From positions 248,001-312,000 of the forward strand of contig JAHLTZ010000003.1 of assembly GCA_025786725.1 (NCBI GenBank): 64,000 nt of DNA, given 5' to 3'. Under the pieces are notes generated by a model. The model was not told the origin of the DNA. It worked only from the letters and a program-made list of their open reading frames with translations, and did not search any database. The position numbers and the translations under genes are program-made. The first letter of the stretch is position 1. The number at the start of each line of letters is the position of its first letter. Source of the stretch: Syncephalis fuscata S228 (Eukaryota; Fungi; Zoopagomycota). Of the stretch, positions 44,271-58,929 are shown piece by piece.

Positions 44271-46653
44271 TTAACATGTGACTTGACGAGCGTTAAATAT
44301 AATGGTTCTGGAATTGGTAAGTAAGAAACACCGTCACGAAGAGAATTACCCGGCCGAGTGCCAGATAATGTACTGAAATCGTACCGTCTCAATGCATGGG
44401 CAGCAACCATTTTAATCGCCATAACAGCAAGGAATCGACCTGGACATGTGTGGCTAATAGCGATGATATTTAGTTAACTGATATGGCTTGTCCTATCATA
44501 TGTTATACTTACTGTCCCAAACCAAATACAATAAACGAATCATTGCCAGTCTAAATGATAGAAAAACCAAATGATTATATGTTAATATATATGTACATTA
44601 TAATAGTAATAATAAGCTTACGGTTGGCTTTGTTGAAGTTGCAGCCACATCACCCGCCTTATAATGGTGATATGGATTAAAAGCAGTTGGATCAGTTCCA
44701 TAAAGATCTTTAGCCGCATGAACTTCTTGTCCATGGAAAAACAAAGACGACCTATAATTAATTAATGTTAATACTAATAATAGTATGTTTTGCTTTTACT
44801 TGCCATTTGGAATATAATAGCCATTCTTCAGCTGCACATTGTCCATGGCTAAACGAAGACTTCCACCTATAAATTGGGTGAATTAGTAAATTTAACGATA
44901 ATAACGATAATAGCAATAATAACATACCAGCACCTGAATTCAAGCGAAGCGACTCACGAACACAAGCATCAAGGAAAGGCATCTGTTTCAAAGCATCCGG
45001 TGTAATGTTGTCGCCATACAAACGAATGATTTCATCTTGTTCCTCTTGAAGCTTTTTGCTGTTATTATTGTATAAAGTGTTACTATGACAATTTCTACTA
45101 ATCACATTGCACCTCTTACCGATATTCTGAATAGCCGGCAACATCGTTAAGAAAATGCAAAGTGAAAGTCGAAGTTGTTGTTACTGAAGCAAAGGCAATC
45201 TGCATCGAACGACGTGCCACAATTATTGGATTGTACATGTTGCCATTATCATCTAAAACATCAGCAATCCAACTAAGCATATCATTCTAAACATAAAATA
45301 CATAGTTTGTATAAGTATTAAATGAAAAAACTGTAAAAATCACTTACTGGTGCTACATAGTCATCGCCTAATTTATCCATTTCTTGACGTCGTTTTATAA
45401 TCTCAGGTGCAATAATTTCATCGGCAACCTTAATATTCTTATCCATATCAGTAATAAGGCGTGTTAACAAGCTAAATACAGATATTATTAATGTACTGAG
45501 TATTTCTATTAGACTATATGATTATTACCGACTAATAGTTGTTGGGAGTACACGCTTCATTAATGAAGTGCGGGCTGCATCGCGTGTAACAGTGGACATC
45601 ATGCGTAGCACTTCAGGATTTTCTTGTAATTCCTAATGTCATCAGTATTGGTTAGTCATTTATAAATACTGTGTTTTGTATTTGAACAGTACACTATGAC
45701 AAGTCATGTATTACCTTATTTTCAATTAAACATGTAGCCACTAATAGTCAATATTGTAATAATAGTCATTATTATTATTATTGTTATATATCGGTTAATA
45801 TATATGTGGTCTAGTTAATAGCTTAATAGCTTACTTGTTTTTGCAATTAAACCGTCTATAAACGCACTAACATCTTCCATGCGATAAGGTTTTACAGGAT
45901 CTATGCAAGCATCCAAATAAATAATATTAAACATGAAAAAAACACAACGACTATACTACTTACCGCCAACGCCTTCATTAAAAGAAATGGCAATTTTTTC
46001 GGCCATACGTGGACATAGCTGGTCAAGTTGCTTCGATAGTTGTCGACGTAGAATCGGAATATGGAAGCGATTCTTTGATCAGTATCACCAAACATATAGA
46101 CGGTATCAAGTAACTGGCAATAATTATTTAATTAAGTTAATAAGTGTTTGCAGATAATAAAGTAATATCTTATGACAATTCACCTCCTCAACGGCATCGT
46201 TGAAGCTAAATTGCTCATCAGGCGCACGCATTACATTGCGTATTTCACTTCGTCCAATTATTGTAATCCAACGGCCAAACATTAAGAAACTAAACGTTTC
46301 GCCATACTAATAGTCAAATAATATTAGTCGATAATATTGTTTTAATTAATAGTCTATTTACTTTGTCTCGACAATTATAGAAAAATCCGCTGGTGTCCCT
46401 TATAAATTCAATGCCATTACCGACAAATGGGATTGTATGGCTTGCTCGTGGTGGTTCATTTGGGTGCTAAATCATAAATGCGATGAGTGATACATTTAAT
46501 TGTATTCAATAGTACAACACTTACTGGACGTGTCATATAATAATGAAGTACCACAGCAAATAATACACCAAGTAAAACGGTCGGCAATACGCCTAACTTG
46601 CCATCGTAGCCGATGCCCAATAGCTCAGCAAAGTCATTTAGTATTTTGCCCAT
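44271..46653 (-). CDS. Cytochrome P450, tandem copy C
   Basis: Same exon structure; ESLR and FGLGxHTCPGRFLA motifs. A 1-nt deletion near 44300 shifts the last codons relative to A and B. Confidence 0.9.
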
Positions 46654-47162
46654 ATTGATAATCGATCAAACTGCAATGTGAATAATGTTGTTATTGTTAA
46701 AAAGTTCAGTAAAATCAATTGAGATACACGAGAGAATACAGTGTGGTAATGATATTTTTAACATAAGTTTGGTCTCATTAATTTATTTACTTTATATATT
46801 AGCGATTCCACTATGTTATACGTAAGTAAATCCTCCCATGCTTGTATTCACTGACTCACTCACTCGCATGCACCCATAAACAACACATGTATGTATCAAC
46901 ACGCACCATCATATGACTGTATTAATTAAAGAATGTGCGGTCAACAGCAACCAATCACACATTTGAACGAATTTGCCAAAGTATTTCCTTTTTTACTTGT
47001 TACACTTAACACGATGTAGTTTCTCGGCTTTTTACTGCATAACAAGTTATCTAATGGTAAAGGCATGAATATCAAATTACATGTTTCACAGTCGTTTTAT
47101 CGAACTCCGGCCTTTCGGCCTTTAATATATCCTAAGCTAAATTGAATTTTATTAAAATCATA

Positions 47163-49355
47163 TTATGACGACGACTGTTGTTGTTGTTGCTGCTGCTGTT
47201 GCAACAGCAGCTGTTCAAGTAGACCTTCTAGACGTTCCATACGCTCATCAAGCCTCGTATAAGGCTCGATAATTCTGTTCGGGCCGTGCCTTGGACCAGT
47301 GCTATCATTCTGTGCATTAGTCATGTTTGCAGATCCTTGCACATTTGTATTGCCATCGTCATCGGCTATATCTTGACTTAGCCGATAAAGTCGTGCTATC
47401 GTGGCGTCATTTGGACTAAAGCCAGTTTCGGCTAAAAATGTAAATTCACTCATAAACGTGCAAGTTGCTTGCTCTGAAAGATTTAGCTGAGCAGCTATTT
47501 CTGCTGCTTCTTTTTGTGCAGACTCTCTTGCTTGTGCCGACATCTAAGCATATTCGATAAGTCTAAGTTTTACTGTAATAAAACTCAATATTCTACGTAC
47601 CTCTGAGTCTAGACTGTTTAATGATTGATGTCCTACCATTGTCGCCCCATCTAAAATTAATTGGATTGAATGGTTAGTGGTAAATGCATTTGAAATAAAC
47701 AGGTGTTATCTCTTTAATGTCGTACCTGTGGCCGCATTAGTAGCCTGTGTGGTGTACTGGTCAGTGTGAGCCGCAGGAAAAGGAGATATCGGCGTTAGAC
47801 GATGCTGCTGTGGCTGCAAAGGATTCAACTGAGCTTGTACGTTATTTGCTTCTTCAGGTTGGGCGGGTACCGGTCTACCTATGGGCCTCTGTGGTATATC
47901 CGGCATGCGAGGATTATTTTCTATAATCAAACATATCAGTTATCAATAGCACCATATAATGTTTTTTGATACGAGTACACATCATTTGGTATCTATTACC
48001 TTCTAGAACAGATCGACGACTGAGCAACAGGCGACGTTCAGTTAGTCAAATGCATTTATCGTATAGTTCTGTTTCATACACACCATGTGGGACAACTTTG
48101 CTGTCGTTCGAGCCAGCTGCGTAGACAGCGGAAATGAAACGTATGGCCACAAGGAAGGCGCTTAGGTAAATCGCCTGGTAGACGATAGCGAGTGTCTGCA
48201 GGGCCGTCGGGCAAACCATTATTGATATTTCCACCAATAGGCGGTGGCAGCGTCATTTCTTCTCGACACACGACACATACTCGATCGGCCATATCTGTTA
48301 AATCATCTGACGTCAGTGTCGGATAGCGACGCTCCATGTCCTGTGTAGCGCGACGATACCGGCGCAAATCCCCACACCGTCTAAAGAATGACCGAGCTGT
48401 CACATAGAGATCACGAATAATGTGAAGTGGCAGGCCGTGTAATGCAACCAATAAGGTAAAGAATGAAACATATGCCACAAGCTTTATAAAATCTAATAAC
48501 CAACGTATTTTAGTAAACTATAATTAAATAGTTGGTTCTATTCCATTTGTAATACGCACCAATAATTAGTTCTAAATAAAATAGAAACACCGATTTTTCC
48601 TCCCATGCTTCCTCGCCCATGCGCATTTCAATGACATTGAGTGCGTAACGGCCTGTTACTGTTACAACAGTGCAAAGTAGAATTGTATACTGTTTTGTAT
48701 TGATGTTAATATTATACTTTACGTGCTATATACCACTATTACTTACTTCAAAACCAAATAAAAGCCAGGTACCAACGCCATCACTTAAAGTAACACGCAC
48801 AGCATATGCAATTAGTTCCATATCGATTGCCGATAGTAGTGCAAGTAGCGTAAGTGTCCGTGTATGGAACGAACTAGGTAGCTGTGCTGTCTGGTCCATA
48901 AACTCGACTCGGTCTTGAAGTAGCCAATGGAATATTTTTACAAATAGCAATGCAGCAAATGCAGCTAGAAACGGTACGTCAAAATCATCGCGAAATACTG
49001 TCATAGCAAGGCACGTTTCAGTGACCGCAAACCAAGATCGTTCATATAAATGCTAGATTTAATATATTATTGTTGTTTTATTATTGTCATTAGTATTATT
49101 GCTTATTTTGCTACAGTCTTCTTCAATACTTACTTCAACTTCTATTGCGCGCAATTGACCAAAGAATAGCCATTGCAATGCTTTACCCAGTACAATAGTT
49201 AGAAAAACACCGAAATTCAGTAGTATTAGTAAACAGGCATTGGATTTGGCCAGATAGACACCAGCAGCATAAAAGTTGCCTCGTTGCATATACACCTGCT
49301 GCAACGTCACGCCAGCCAGCACCGTAGACGCCACGCCGTAAGCACCTAACCGCAT
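47163..49355 (-). CDS. HRD1: ERAD E3 ubiquitin ligase Hrd1/synoviolin
   Basis: FFGQLRAIEVEHLYERSWFAVTETCLAMTVFRDDF, FVKIFHWLLQDRVEFM, WEEKSVFLFYLEL, LPLHIIRD, RING-H2 CVVCREEM...PKRLPCGHTFHFRCLRSWLERQQSCPT. Confidence 0.96.
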
Positions 49356-49588
49356 CTCGATATAATGATAATGAAAATAACAGCTAAAGGAATGACAGCT
49401 TAATCTAAGCTAACTTTAAGCGTTGCTTAGTCCCTGTCGCTAAAATATACAGGGATTGCCGTGTAGAAGAAAAACAAGGAGATTAGGACTGGGAAAACGA
49501 AAGATGAGTTTAGTATTGGTGGGGTATATATACGCCTTATTGTATTATTAAAAGATAACAATTAAATATAATTTGACCAATATTTATT

Positions 49589-49608
49589 AAACACACACAC
49601 ACACACAC
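49589..49608. repeat. (AC)n microsatellite
   Basis: Tandem AC run just downstream of the SLY1 stop. Confidence 0.85.
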
Positions 49609-49615
49609 AAATATA

Positions 49616-51999
49616 CTAGGAAAGACGGGTCAATTGAGCTAAGAAATCTTTAGGTGCTAATAGTTCCATGGCTCCATAAATGATATTTTTAGCTGGAGAT
49701 TGTCGCTATTATTGGTCAATTAGTTAATATACATACAAATATTACAATTGATATTAGACAATTACCTGTGCATATTCTTGTAGATTCTGATACTCTACAA
49801 TACTACCACCGCCTACCACAAATACGATCGCTTCTTGGAACGAGTTACGGGCCGTTGTTGCCCCAGATGAATTAGGTCCTCGTAAAGACTTTGGATCAAA
49901 GAATAGGAGCTCTTCGTCACCACCATTACCGCTCATGGCTGATTGTGACGGCGAAGTATTATAGGGTGGATCAAGAACGGATGATACCATACGTGTCATT
50001 GGTAGATCGTTATGTGTAGGCAATAGATTACGCAGTCCACTTAGTAAACCACCTTCTTTAATATGGCCCGTAATCTATTGACTTGTTAATATTCTATAGT
50101 TTTAATATAAATAAATAGCCAATTACTTACTTTATTGCCAAATGAACTGAATCGACCAAGTAGATCGCCATCATCACGGGCATTTCTGAGGTGGGTGGGC
50201 TAACTGCATTCATCATCGATGTCATACGCAATTTACTTTTAATTTGCTTAATAGTGGCCAATGTTTTGTATCGCATCCAGCTTCTCGAAGAGCTGTTTCA
50301 AATTCCTCAACCATTGTATCGTTAATATCAATCGATGGTGTAAGGAAATAGAGTATGAAAAGCCGTAATTTATCCTCCGGGTCAGGATAATTGGCTGAAC
50401 GAATCGCTGCTAAAATTGCTTGTCGTGGCTAAATAGTATGTGATGTATATTGAGTAAAATAGTACTATTTAAATATATGTATATATATAGCCTTTTACCT
50501 GTTTAGCAATGGTTTCTTCAAGTTCAAAAAACTCATCCAGTTTTCGTCGTTTAATTTCCTCTAATAAAGCAGTAGCAATATTCATGTGTGCGTCAATTGT
50601 TTGTTTGCGCGCAGTTAATTCAGGCAAAGCGTTCATGGCTGATTTAAGATGTCGTGCGCTACTAGTTAGATCAAGACTAGGCTGTGTTACAACACCTTGT
50701 GCACTAATATCGTCCAAAGATGTTAAACCGGTAGATCGAGTCAATTCGGCCGCATCTTGCCGATAACGTGCAAGTTCTGTATCAATAGCCTCGGCCACTT
50801 GAGGGAAAGGTAAATTGCCATTACGAGTCCAGAAAAAGTCACGAGCTCCAACATCATAGGTACGGCGCTGTTTACGCTTCGTTGTATCATCGGTGACTGT
50901 TGCTGTCACTTGATTTAACTTTAGATCAAGCACATCAGACACTAATGCTTGATATGTCCAAGAATGAAACAGCAAAGGGCGTAAATCCAAATCACGATCA
51001 AGAATCACCAATACAGGTCGTTGAAATGAAGCTGATGATTGACTAGATGTTGAAAATCCCCCTGATCTAACATGATCACGTAGGCGAGTATCTAATTTAC
51101 GTGCAATCATTTCAGCGGCTGAGCCACGTGTACAACGGATAATTGGAACCGTTTCTTTTAATAATACAACAAGTATTAGTTGTGTAAATATACTTTTTAC
51201 TTTATACGCCACCTACCCATAATGACTGCCACTGAAAATAGTCCAGCAATAATTCTCTCTACCAATGCTTCCATATCAGCATCACGAGCTTGTGGGTCGT
51301 GCAATTTAATGTAACTTTCGCGAATACCAAGCTCAAATAGATCAGCACCATGGCTAATGAATCCTTGATACTGATCCATTACTTGTGATACATGGCTTGC
51401 TGCTTCTGGTCCTGCACGTACTGTTTCCGATGCTAATCGTTCAAGTAAATCGCGTGACATGCCAGTAGCAAAATTGAAGTAGTACTGATCATATAGCCCG
51501 CGTGCCAAATCCTTATAATCCTTATAAGTCTTTCATTTATTTATTACTATCTAATATAATCTACCTTTCCTATACGTTCAATATTCTCCTCGTTGGGTTC
51601 AACAAAATAAATGGCCGGCACATCAGGAATAGGTGCACGGCCACTTTGCAACCCCATATGAACAGTAACACCTTGTTCGCGTAGATCATTGACTCGTAGT
51701 AGAGTAGAAATAAGATCGCCACAGTATCGATCAAATATCAGTACTTTCCATATAGGTGTATTAGACGATGATGACTGCGTGTTCGTTGTATGACTATGCG
51801 ACGCTAAAGCACTGGGATTGGTTGATTCCTCTTTGTTTAAATTAAGCATTGATATAAGTGCCGCTATAACATTAAAGAGTATAGAAACGACCCGTTAATA
51901 AATTAGCACCAGCAAGTGTCGTTTGTTTAAATCAAATAGACGCGAATGCTTACTTGTCTGCCGGTCAAGCAGTGACGGTCGGACAACGTTAGATGCCAT
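49616..51999 (-). CDS. SLY1: Sec1/Munc18 family protein Sly1
   Basis: [89 protein letters not shown]. Confidence 0.95.
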
Positions 52000-52468
52000 C
52001 GTTGTTATATTGTAAAAATACGGATGGATGCTTTCTCAATAAACGTTTAACAAAATTAAATTATAAAGATGACAACAAAAAAGAGCCACTTTATCCGTAA
52101 AGATGACGATGACGGCAACAATAAACGTTGTAATATTTGGTTGGTTCATTTGTAAACGCTATTTAGAATAATTTGATTGGATTCAAAAGAGATTCAATTA
52201 ATATTTACTAAAATTTAGATGCCGTTAATCGCCCGCCCTTGCTATACAAAAGTTCGCCATCTCTTTGTATTTAAACTTTAACATTTCTATTCAACGTGTT
52301 GACAAGTCATTATCTCGCTCTTCTAGTAGAAGTATTAACTTCTACATAACAACGGCAATAGCAAAAAACACCATAGTAACAATAACAAGAAAAGAACATC
52401 ATAGCACCTTTAGTAATATTACTAATTAGTCTTGTTCTACGCAAGTTTTATCGACTACGAACGTGGCA

Positions 52469-54110
52469 ATGTTATTCGGTACACTACGTGAAACTTTCTA
52501 TGCAACTTTTAGTTGTTGCCTGCCCACACCGTTGATGCGCATCAATGGTAGAACACTAAAGGTAGTAAAGCTGTTGGGTGAAGGGTAAGTGTTATGAACA
52601 AGTAGTCTTTATTTACTTGCCTTTAAACTCTATATTGATAATAATGACGAACCTTCTTGTATATACTTGTATGCATACGTGTGTATATACAATCTATCTA
52701 TTTTACTATTTGTTATTATATAGTGGATTTAGCTTGGTGTATCTTGTTGAAGATCCAGTAACACAGCGATTATTTGCAGTCAAAAAGGTCCATTGCGCCG
52801 ATAATGCTATCGGTGGCGGTGATGGCGCCCAAGATGCAGTCCGTCAAGCTGTACAAGAGGCAGAAATGACCCGCCTATTTGATCATCCTAATATTATTAA
52901 AGTACTGGTAAGCGATTTGTATTATGCAATATGAGTGAATAGTTGTATAATGACCTGTTTACGTGTAGGATGTGTGCGTTACTCAAGATCGAAATGGCAG
53001 TGGCAAAACTGTCTATCTATTTCTGCCCTACTACAAACGAGGTACGCTGCAGGATATACTTAATGAGAAGAAGAGTGAAGGCACCCATTTCCCAGAACGA
53101 CAAATCCTTCGTATCTTCCGTAATGTTTGCTTAGCCGTCCGTCAGTTGCACTGTTATGAGTTGCCGGAAGTACCAGCTCGGCACCAAGACAATAATAACA
53201 GTAGCACTGATGCTTACGGACGTAGTAACAACTACAGTGGAGATGCTGATGCTGATGATGCTGAACTACAAGCACTAGAGAGACGTGTTGTCTATGCACA
53301 TCGTGACATTAAACTGGGGTAATTATTAATGTATTTACGAAAAAAGTACTGCTAACCTATATTGAGTATAGAAATGTTCTAATGGCTGATGACAATGTAA
53401 CGCCAATTCTTATGGATTTTGGATCCATGTCCCGTGCCAAAGTGACGATCCGCACCCGCCAACAAGCATTGCAAGAACAGGTAGGAATAATAGTAGCATC
53501 GATTGCTTATTAGTAATACTGGTGAACAATGTATATAGGATCGGGCGGCAGAGCAATGTAGTATGGCCTATCGTGCACCAGAATTATTTGACGTCAAAAC
53601 AGGTACAACGCTTAATGAAGCTGTTGACATTTGGGTAAGTTTAAACAGGCAAATGTTCTATGTATTAACGCTCATCCATCATCCATGATTAGTCACTGGG
53701 CTGTCTTTTGTATGCCATTGCCTATGGCGAGTCACCATTTGAAGCGGCAGTCAATGAAGCTGGTGGCAGTGTTGCCTTGGCCGTACAAAGCGGTAAATTC
53801 CAATTTCCGTCGAATACAAAGTAGGTTTTGTTATCATTAGTACTATTTCCACCAATGACGCTGCTAATAATAATAATACCAATGACGATGATCACCGTGT
53901 CATATGCTAGTTATTCCGAAGAATTCAAAGGTTTAGTTAAAGGATTGCTTGTGACAGATCCAAAGCAACGACCAGATATCAACAAGGTAAGCCGGTTACC
54001 GATCCATTGATTCGGGTAATCTATTTACTATACTTATCATTTGACCCTGTTTTGTGTTATTCTAGACCATTTCTATGGTAGAAGCACATATGGAACAGTT
54101 AGGCGCATGA
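52469..54110 (+). CDS. ENV7: NAK-family Ser/Thr kinase Env7/STK16
   Basis: N-terminal SCC (palmitoylation-type), LGEGGFS, FAVKK, LPYYKRGTL, AHRDIK, LMDFGS, AAEQCSMAYRAPELF, DIWSLGC, SPFE. Confidence 0.92.
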
Positions 54111-56028
54111 TCCATACTGGTCCATTTCTATTTTGTTATTAATAAATTTATATTTTCTAATTTGGTTTGATTCTTTGTAAACCAAATAGCCAAGGCTATT
54201 GATGGTTATGGCTAGATGGAATAAAGAATAGCATAAACATATGTGTTATAAAAGTTTTTAATAGTGTTATTACTGGCATTATTGTTTATTGTTAAGTAGT
54301 TGTGTTTAAGTGATCAGATGCAGTCCCATCCTTTCTTTTTTATCATGTTCTAAAAGCCGATGATGTAGAAAGTGAAGCTGGAACCAATGAAATAGCAATC
54401 AGTTTATTTTCAAAATATTAAACGGTTAAACCTGCAGTATTTTCGTACTAAAGCAGTATTTTGCCGTGCAAATCACGTTGGTTGTACATTATTGCAAAGC
54501 GGGCATTGTGGTTTAAGTAATTGTGTTGCTCAACCACCTCTCTCTTTCTCTTTTTCACTTTGTTAATGATAACGCATCGATATCGTCATTGCAATTGGTT
54601 TGATGATGAGACAAACGGCCCGAATGGCGCACAAACAGATGGGCAGACAGACATAAACAAAGAAATGGCAGGCAGAGATAGACAGGTGGACAAATAGCTG
54701 TCAATTAAGTCAATGCAGCTTTCCTGCCTTACAGTATAACACCACGTGTAACCAATTCAACAGTATGTGTGGTGTGTGTGGTGTGTGTGGGGAATGCAGC
54801 TATGTTATGTTTAAATCATGAGTTCTTTAATGATCATAAGAAAGAAAGTGAGTAAAAAGCATGTCTACCGCATGTTATCAATGTATTAGTATGATCGGCA
54901 ACACTATCATCCTTGTATCTTATCATGCTTCTCACCTTCAACAGGATGATCTTTATTCAATAAAGTTCTAATGTATGCCTTAATTTAACATGCATGTAAA
55001 CGAAGTCGGCAATAACCAATTCCTTGTAAAATAGTCATTTAACAGATAGTCAGTTGGATAAGCCAACCCATCTATTGGATGATAGCGACGTTGTTGCCTG
55101 CAGTTGCAACAGATGACATCAAGGTCATGACTATGTACGGAGATAGTATCGTTTGGTTATTAAGCAATAGTATTGTCGATGAGCGTTGTTTGCTGTATTT
55201 GCAATGTCATTGTTATAAATCAGCATTGCATCCAACTGGTTGTATCGCCAGTGGATTGTAATGGCTGACAAGCTGGATGGAAAGTAATGTGGCACAAATT
55301 GGTGCTAGGACTGGCGACTCCATAAATGGCTTGTTGCATTTGTGCATCTCTGCTGCCGCGTTTATGGAGCACTGCATGACCGACCGACATACAGAGATAG
55401 ACAAAGGATGGCACACACACGTACATACGTACATACCCATTAAATTTGCTGTTATTGCCGCGACTTGTCTGAGTTGAAAATAGTAGTACCAATTCATTAT
55501 TGTTACCGTTATCATCATGACTCTCTTTACAAAGGCTTTGCCATAAACAATGTATAATAAAGGCACTGACTTGTACACAAATCGTTAATCTACTCTCATC
55601 TTTGGTAGATGACAATAACACATCACAGCTATTGTGACTATTAAGACAATGTCTACAGAATTGCCAGCGTTTACTGCCTTGATTACTTCTGTTATTGTTT
55701 CACTAACCGGATTATAGCGTGCATAATAGGTCTGGTGTTGGCTTGTTGAAAACATGTGTCCAGTCGCACGGTGGATAAACCACCTTCAACCCCTATGGAT
55801 GCGCAAGTTTGCTCATCATGTGTTGCCTTTGTTCACATCGATATATGTGCAATAAAGCGCAAGAAATAAACCATTTAAGAACGAGTAAAAAATATGCTGC
55901 TCTTTCCGTGATTTACATTTTATATCCATTTTGGCATTTTCGCTATAATTATCCAATTCTATCGTTAACATTATCTTGCGCTTGAGTTTTTTTGAATCCA
56001 ATTATCCAACTATTTTGCATTTTCCATT

Positions 56029-58612
56029 ATGGATCAAGTTATAAGCCACTCTCAAACGTTAGTTGAGGCATCTGGTGGTGTTAGCTCGTTGTTGTTGAAG
56101 ACGCTGTTGACCAGCAGTGCTTTATGGGCCGCTTGGTCTTTTTATAACAATCGACCCGTAAGTTACCGGTTAAAACAAGCTTTTTTGTGTATAATTGCTT
56201 GCATTAATGTTTTATTTAATTAATTCGTGTAGAAAGCAAATGAACCGCCCCGTGCCCATTATACCATCCCATTTATTGGACATGGTCTTCAATTAGTGCG
56301 CGACCCTGTCGCTTTACTTACAGAATGCTGTGAAAAGGTAGGTCTATAGCCATGAGTGATGTGGACGGAAAATAGCTGCTGCTATGCTGTCAGTGGCTGT
56401 GATGTACATATTAATTACACCAATCATTTCTAACCTTGGTCACGTCTGTCTTTACGGCCTCTGCCGTCATGCTTCTCGCAACTCCTTACCCATCTTCCTT
56501 TCTAGTATGGCGATACTTTTAGCATTTTTGTATTTGGCCAATGGATAACTATCATTGGTCCTAGTAATGTTCGTGAAGTGATGCGTGCTCCTGACAGTCA
56601 ACTGAGCTTCACCGATGCCGTCAATCATGTAAGTCGAATTTATTGTATAGCATGCCGTGTCGATCCATCGTGGCAATGCACGGCAGCTACTTATAAATTG
56701 CTTCTAACGACGCATCAATAGATTGTTGATATTGGATTTTGTTTCGGCGATAGCACGCCTATGAATCGTTTTCATATTCCTCCCATGCGCAAGCATTTGG
56801 GAAAAAACCTTGAACGATTTATACCGCGTATTCTCCACGCTGTGGAAAGCGCGTTTAAAGCAAATATGCCTCGTAAGTGACGTGTGAAACATATGATGAA
56901 CAAATTTGCATAAATTAATCGCTAACTTTTTTGTTATGTGACCTGTACAACAAATAGAATCTACTACAACCGGTTATTGTTTAAAAGATGTGACGGCTTT
57001 CTCCTACCGCATGATTGCCAGAACCAGTAAGTTGCCCTTTTCTTTATACGCGGACATATTTACTCCGACAATTTGCTGATATACTATTTAATTAATTAAT
57101 TATAGCATCGGCTTGTATGTTTGAAAACAAAGTAAGTTTTACATCCATATAAACTAGTAGCAATAATAGTCGTGATACTAATCAATACTAATATAACATT
57201 ATTTACGTGTGTATAGGATCTACAAGATCACGATGAAGTGCGCAAGATGCTTTTCACCGTCAGTATTGATGCTACCTTCTTCTCGGCATTGAAGCGCACT
57301 TTTCCTCATTTTATAGCTCGGTAAGATAAATACGTGGTGTACTACTAGTAGGCACGTAACTAACATTATTTGTAATATTTAGATGGGGTGCACGGTCAAA
57401 AACGCGTATCTACGAGAATTTAAAGTTGGCCGATGAGGTATTTACGCCCGAGGTCAAAAGACGACGTGCCGAGGCTGAACAATTAGGAGACGATTTTGTA
57501 GCACCGGTTAGTTATTTAATTTCGTTTGATATTAATTATTTATATTAATTATTTATATTTATATTAGTATGACATCATGCAATGGGTCATTGAAGGATTG
57601 GACGAAAATGGTGAGCCATATCCTTCACATGATGTGGGTCGTCGTATGTTACAAGTAGGATTTGCTTCTATGTTGGCCACTGCCAATTTTTCAACACATT
57701 TCCTATTTGATATTGCTGGCTATCCACACATCCAGTAAGTACTTTTTGGACTGTTATTGCCATTGTCATAATTGATTTATTAATACTTATTGTTTTTAAT
57801 GAATAGGGCGATGCTACAAAATGAGCAAGATGATATCATTAAACGATTTGGTAGTGAGATTACCATGGATGCCATCAAAGAGATGCACTATCTTGACGCT
57901 TGTGTCAGAGAGACATTACGTCTCAACGGTGATCCTAGTAAGTATATTTCACTATTGTTATTGTTATTGTTATTTACTTACATGTTCGTTATTAGCCAAT
58001 TCGTTCCGTCTTGCCATGTCAGATGTCACGTTGAAAAACGGTCTTTTCATTCCTAAAGGTAATTTAAAGTCACAAATAGTGTAATTATATTTATTAACAT
58101 GGCCTATATTTTATTACAGATCGTCTTTGCTCGATCCATGGCTACTCTGTTCATTCAAATGACGAGACTTATGGCTCAGAATCGCGCAAATACAATCCTG
58201 CACATCATTTTAAATCAGACACTGGCACATCATCCTTGAAATCCACTGTAAGTATATTAATAAACATTTATCTATTTCTTACACTTTAATATATTAATTA
58301 ATACTTTTTTATTCTATAGTTTACTAGTAAATCATTTGTCGTTTTCGGTACTGGATCGTAAGTATTTAATTAAGCTGTATCATTCTAAACAGCAAATAAC
58401 TAATAAGCATCTATTACCATTATTCTAGACACACGTGTCCTGGTCGCTTTTTAGCTACTCTTGAGATGAAATTGCTAGCCATTTACGCATTGCGTAACTA
58501 CAACTTTTATACACTTTCCGGTAAACGACCACTAAATGCCCCTAGAGATGGCATGACTATGGCACCGATCGATGAACCTATCTTTTTTGTTCCTCGACGG
58601 TCGCTTATGTAA
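56029..58612 (+). CDS. Cytochrome P450, divergent copy D of the same family
   Basis: ANEPPRAHYTIPFIG, MRAPDSQLSF, QVGFASM, LDACVRETLR, FGTGSHTCPGRFLA; intron positions correspond to copies A-C. Confidence 0.92.
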
Positions 58613-58929
58613 GCATAGCACGATATGGATATTAACATATCAGTAATAGCCTTTCTTTCTTATTCTTCGTTCATATTGTCAACATAATAAACTTTATTGC
58701 TTTTGTTCTCTTTTCAATACAAAAACCAAATATTCTACTATTGTTATAGTAATCAGGCAATTTATTATTAATAACTTGTTATTTTTACCTATTTTATATA
58801 TTTAATATTTGTACAATTGATATGCAAGCAGCTATTTGACATCATGGATGGATATGTTAAATTAGGAAAATAGACTACACCTTTAAACAAGTATGTTTTT
58901 GCATACCCAGTGCGTCTATGCTGAGCTGT

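Noticed and set aside
54900-55800. Cluster of short overlapping ORFs upstream of P450-D
   Set aside because: No domain motifs or consistent strand; likely intergenic or regulatory.
16075-58612. BAHD plus P450s as a secondary-metabolite gene cluster
   Set aside because: No backbone enzyme (PKS, NRPS or terpene synthase) is present, the genes are interspersed with housekeeping genes, and the P450s are explained by local duplication.
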